DNA from: Marispirochaeta sp.
GTDB lineage: Bacteria > Spirochaetota > Spirochaetia > JC444 > Marispirochaetaceae
Length of the DNA stretch: 64,000 nucleotides
NCBI GenBank assembly: GCA_963676835.2
Contig: CAXXFF010000003.1
Location: forward strand, 800,001 to 864,000
Direction: 5' to 3'
The translations under genes were made by a program, and so were the position numbers. Position 1 is the first letter of the stretch. Each line of letters opens with the position of its first letter. Under the pieces are notes generated by a model. That model was given only the letters and a program-made list of their open reading frames with translations, did no database searches and had not been told where the DNA came from. Shown here piece by piece: positions 60,370-64,000 of the stretch.

Positions 60370-61250
60370 AGAGCTCCTCCGGGAAGAGCGAAGTCTTCAT
60401 ATCTGTCTGTTGTACCGATGGAACTGAGAGCATCTGCTGCCTGCTCCGGTGTAGGACAGGTACCATGCCAGGCAGGTAGGTTCTCCATAAAGGGAACCCC
60501 TTTACCGATTACCGTTCGGCCGATAATAACCGAAGGTCCGCCGGAGACCTCTGCAGCCTGCCTGAGGGCTGCAGCAAGTTCGGGAATGGAGTGGCCGTTG
60601 ATATCCTGAACATTCCAGCCGAAGGATTTCAGCCGGTCTGCAATGGGCTCGACGCCCATAACCTGTTCAACCGTACCGTCAATCTGAATGTTATTAAAGC
60701 TGATAAAAAGGGTAACGTTGTCCAGTTTGTAATGGGCTGCCGTCATCATAGCTTCCCAGACCTGACCTTCCTGCAGTTCCCCGTCTCCGAGAACGCAGTA
60801 AACCCGGCCAGTGGATTTCCGTATCTTCATGGAGAGGGCAATACCGTTGGCCACGGAAAACCCCTGCCCCAGGGGTCCGGTTGAGGTTTCAACCAGTCCG
60901 GGAAGGGCCTTGCGGGCAGGATGCCCCTGAAGTACCGACCCCATACGCCTGAAGGAAGCCAGCTCATCCAGAAAGATATGACCCGTCCGGGCAAGGGCTG
61001 CGTACCATACAGCACAGGTGTGACCATTGCTGAGAACAATACGGTCCCTGTTCGGTTCCTCAAGATTTTCCGTATCAAAGGTGTATCCGTACCCGTAAAG
61101 GGCTGCCATAAAATCTGCCAGTCCCAGGGCACCGCCAACATGGCCATGGCCGGCATTGCGGATCATGCGTACCGTATCCCGGCGGAGCTGGCAGGCGAGA
61201 GCCTCCAGGGCGGGAAAATCCGGCGCTGCAGCAAATGCAGTCTGTTTCAT
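60366..61250 (-). CDS. Transketolase N-terminal (TPP-binding) subunit
   Basis: GH.GG, LSNGH, LQGHP, TGPLGQG, GDGELQEG. Confidence 0.93.
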   Translation of the reverse strand: MKQTAFAAAPDFPALEALACQLRRDTVRMIRNAGHGHVGGALGLADFMAALYGYGYTFDTENLEEPNRDRIVLSNGHTCAVWYAALARTGHIFLDELASFRRMGSVLQGHPARKALPGLVETSTGPLGQGFSVANGIALSMKIRKSTGRVYCVLGDGELQEGQVWEAMMTAAHYKLDNVTLFISFNNIQIDGTVEQVMGVEPIADRLKSFGWNVQDINGHSIPELAAALRQAAEVSGGPSVIIGRTVIGKGVPFMENLPAWHGTCPTPEQAADALSSIGTTDRYEDFALPGGAL

Positions 61251-61275
61251 CTCTTTTTTATCCTCTTATCTTATC

Positions 61276-62007
61276 CTATTGTGTGATCTCCCCTGCTGAG
61301 GAGGTATCAAGACGCCGTTCCCGGGATGCGTCCATATGCGCTTCCATGGCGGCTGCGGCTTCTACCGCATCCCCCCGGATTATTGCATTCAGTATCCGTT
61401 TGTGTTCCTTCAGACTGTTTTTCAGTACCTTGTCGGGGTCTTCCTTGAAGTGTTTGTTAACTGCGATTATCTCCGGTGTTATCTGGGTTATCAGAGACTG
61501 GAGCACTTTGTTTCCCGAAGCTTTTACTATGGCCAGATGAAAAAGATGATCTTCTTCAAGGGTATATCTGCTGGCTTCAAAGGCCTCTTCAAATGCTCTA
61601 TGGGCTTCACGGATTCTGAGGAGATCTTCTTCGGTTCCCCTCAGAGCGGCAAGCCTGGAGGAGAAAATCTCCAGGTTGGTTCGGGCTTCCATAAGATCTT
61701 CCAGATCGAAGGCATCGAAATTAAGAATGTTTGTTATAAGAGCATCCAGGGCCATTGGCCGGATAGCAGAAATATAAATACCTTTTTGGGGCCGTATTTC
61801 CAGGACTCCATAGAATTCCAGCTTCTGCAGGGCTTTGCGCACATAGCCGCGGGTTGTGCTGAAACGCTCCGCAAGCACCCGTTCGGAAGGTATCTTCATG
61901 CCGGGCTGAAAGGTTTCATTGCGCAGAAGTTGCTGTATTTCGTGAATAATGATGTCTACCGGATCACCGCTGTTCAAGTTCTTTTTACTCCCTGCCTCTT
62001 TTTGCAC
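61276..62007 (-). CDS. FadR/GntR-family regulator
   Basis: IPSERVLAE.F, D..FH.AI..ASGN. Confidence 0.92.
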   Translation of the reverse strand: MQKEAGSKKNLNSGDPVDIIIHEIQQLLRNETFQPGMKIPSERVLAERFSTTRGYVRKALQKLEFYGVLEIRPQKGIYISAIRPMALDALITNILNFDAFDLEDLMEARTNLEIFSSRLAALRGTEEDLLRIREAHRAFEEAFEASRYTLEEDHLFHLAIVKASGNKVLQSLITQITPEIIAVNKHFKEDPDKVLKNSLKEHKRILNAIIRGDAVEAAAAMEAHMDASRERRLDTSSAGEITQ

Positions 62008-62051
62008 TAACTGGTTAACCAGTTAATATATGGTAGCACTGGTTAACCAGT
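62008..62051. promoter_or_regulatory. Two perfect palindromic FadR-type operators
   Basis: TAACTGGTTAACCAGTTA (62008-62025) and ACTGGTTAACCAGT (62038-62051). The second lies in the spacer of a minus-strand TTGCGC-17-TACCAT promoter. Confidence 0.8.
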
Positions 62052-62113
62052 TGCGCAAGGAAAAGTTTCAAACATGATTAAGGGAATAGTTGAGTAATAA
62101 AACGCGGGAGGAG

Positions 62114-62896
62114 CTATGCCTTAAAGCGTTCCTTAAACCAGGCAACATTGCTTCGTGCCGCAAGACCGAGGGTTACGGTGTCGGACATACAGAGAACTAT
62201 TCCGGCACCTCTCTCGAACTTCGCTTCGACACTGTCTCTATTGCCCCCAAGGGCCATAAGAACCTTACCGGAGGCAACTACCCTGCCTTCTATATCATCA
62301 ATAACTTTCTGGACTTCAGGAGCGGAAGGATCCGCCAGGTAGCCAAGATTAGTTGCAAGATCCACAGGACCGATAAAGATACCATCCAGACCCGGAACAG
62401 AAAGAATCGTATCAAGATTTTCATAGCCTTTTCGGGACTCAATAGCGGCAAAAACCATGACTTCGTCATCAGCTGTTTTGAAGTAATCGGAAGACTCGTT
62501 TCCAAAATGTGCTGCCCTGGTGCTTCCGGCTACACCCCGGATACCGAGGGGCGGATATTTGGCTGCGGCAACAGCGCTTTCTGCTTCACTGACAGTTTCT
62601 ACAAAAGGAACCAGAATACCGTAAGCTCCCGTATCAAGAATCCGTTTTATGTGAACCGTATCATTCCACTGAGCACGAACAAATGGTACCGCCGGATAAC
62701 CGTTCATAGCCTGTATCTGCGTTATCAGGGTGCGATAATCTCCGGGACCATGTTCCATGTCTATCAGGATCATATCCATGCCGCTGTCGGCAAAAACCTC
62801 TGTGGTAATATTGCTTGCTGCCTGTGCCCATGCGGCAAGGACTTTACCTCCGCTTTTGAGTATGGCTTTAACGCTGTTGTGGTTTTTCTTCTGCAT
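62114..62896 (-). CDS. HpcH/HpaI-family class II pyruvate aldolase
   Basis: IDMEHG, PFVR, KYPPLGIRG, IES, FIGP.DL. Confidence 0.92.
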   Translation of the reverse strand: MQKKNHNSVKAILKSGGKVLAAWAQAASNITTEVFADSGMDMILIDMEHGPGDYRTLITQIQAMNGYPAVPFVRAQWNDTVHIKRILDTGAYGILVPFVETVSEAESAVAAAKYPPLGIRGVAGSTRAAHFGNESSDYFKTADDEVMVFAAIESRKGYENLDTILSVPGLDGIFIGPVDLATNLGYLADPSAPEVQKVIDDIEGRVVASGKVLMALGGNRDSVEAKFERGAGIVLCMSDTVTLGLAARSNVAWFKERFKA

Positions 62897-63054
62897 GGTT
62901 AATTTTCCTACAGACTATTAGAAAAAGCCACAGGAAATTCATGCAAACAACCAGAACAGGGCGGGATACTTGAAAATATCTAAAATCTCACAGAACCGGA
63001 AATTCCAAAATCCCGGATCTTAAGGTAGAATGATACAGCATAAGGAGCAGCAAG

Positions 63055-64000
63055 GTGCCGACCCAACTCGATGTAGCCCGCAGAGCAAATGTCTCCTATA
63101 TGACCGTCTCCAGGGTGATCAATAATAAAACCAATGTAAAACCCGCAACGAGGGAACGGGTATTAAAAGCCATTGAAGAACTGAACTATTTTCCAAATGC
63201 CGCAGCTCAGGCACTGACCGGGAGCCCTACCAACAATGTGGGAATTATATTTCCCCAACGGGAGTTTATTCTTAACCGCCCCTATTTTATCGAGCTTTCC
63301 ATGGAACTCGAACAGAATCTCAATACCAACGGGTATCATCTGTATCTTGGTTCTGTAAGAGACAAGGGCGACCCCAGGGAGATTGCGCAGCTTGCCGGCG
63401 AAAAACGGGTGGATGGCCTGATTATCTTTGCTCCCCAGGAAAATGACCCCAGGCTTTCGGTTCTGGATGAAAATATAATTCCCTATACAATTATCCACGG
63501 CCATGGTGTCAGCCCCGATTCATCATGTGTAAATTCAGACATACAGAGAGGAATGACCCTGCTGCTGGAGCATCTGACCAGTCTGGGACATTCGCGTATA
63601 GCCTTTGTTTCAGTTAACCTGCTTGAAGAAGATGCCCGTATCCGCCTTGAGACTTACCGGAGCTTCTGCAGAACCAATAAGCTTCCAGTTACTGATGAGC
63701 TGATACATTTCGGGGGAGACTGGACCCTGGAAACCGGATACCAGGCCTTTCAGGAATTATGTACCCTGAAGCCTGCTCCTACTGCCATACTGTTCTCGAA
63801 TGACCAGATGGCATTAGGAGCTATAAAAGCAGCGAATGATCTTAAGATATCCATACCTGAAGAGATATCCATAACAGGTATAGATGACATAAAATACGCA
63901 TCCTACGCCAGCCCGTCCCTGACCACTATCCGTTATTCAATACCTGATATTGCAAGAACTGCAGTAAACCAGATTCTGCGGAACATTAAAGAAGGAAATA
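63055..64000 (+). CDS. LacI-family regulator (3'-truncated by window edge, absent from the ORF track)
   Basis: AAGGAG RBS, GTG start, hand translation PTQLDVARRANVSYMTVSRVINN; later NDQMALG and PSLTTI. Confidence 0.93.
   Translation, partial: MPTQLDVARRANVSYMTVSRVINNKTNVKPATRERVLKAIEELNYFPNAAAQALTGSPTNNVGIIFPQREFILNRPYFIELSMELEQNLNTNGYHLYLGSVRDKGDPREIAQLAGEKRVDGLIIFAPQENDPRLSVLDENIIPYTIIHGHGVSPDSSCVNSDIQRGMTLLLEHLTSLGHSRIAFVSVNLLEEDARIRLETYRSFCRTNKLPVTDELIHFGGDWTLETGYQAFQELCTLKPAPTAILFSNDQMALGAIKAANDLKISIPEEISITGIDDIKYASYASPSLTTIRYSIPDIARTAVNQILRNIKEGN

Noticed and set aside
62090..62902. 270-aa plus-strand ORF, and similar long antisense ORFs (61336..62010, 11964..12803, 26677..27300, 34173..34823)
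   Set aside because: Antisense shadows of well-supported genes, with no recognisable motifs

Overview
Bacterial chromosomal window. It is probably from a free-living spirochaete, inferred only from the 'FAGG/WAAGG'-type signal peptides of the sugar-binding proteins and from gene content. In order it holds: the 3' part of gnd; a self-contained ~250-nt candidate sRNA; a corrinoid methyltransferase module (RACo activator, PocR-AraC regulator, corrinoid protein, UroD/MtaA-thioredoxin fusion, CobW); a sugar-acid catabolic region (UlaG-like lactonase, ABC transporter, SDR, TauE, transaldolase plus CoA-acylating semialdehyde dehydrogenase, three GntR/FadR regulators); an RND efflux operon; an antiporter with a PTS-IIA fusion; a YtrA-type ABC operon; clpS-clpA-aat; and tetritol/dihydroxyacetone kinase genes. 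A 12.8-kb type I restriction-modification island follows, then a transketolase/ABC/aldolase sugar cluster and a LacI gene running off the end. The island is the most unusual part. It is bounded by a perfect 21-bp direct repeat, one copy of which begins a structured Flavo-1-like element, and it encodes no integrase. It carries a 1071-aa SF2 helicase with a putative nuclease tail between hsdS and hsdR. It also contains a DUF1016 gene, bracketed by inverted heptamer arrays, that has replaced the core of a Schlafen/AlbA_2 gene. No CRISPR array, rRNA or tRNA was recognised. All family calls are from motif recognition, not database searches.
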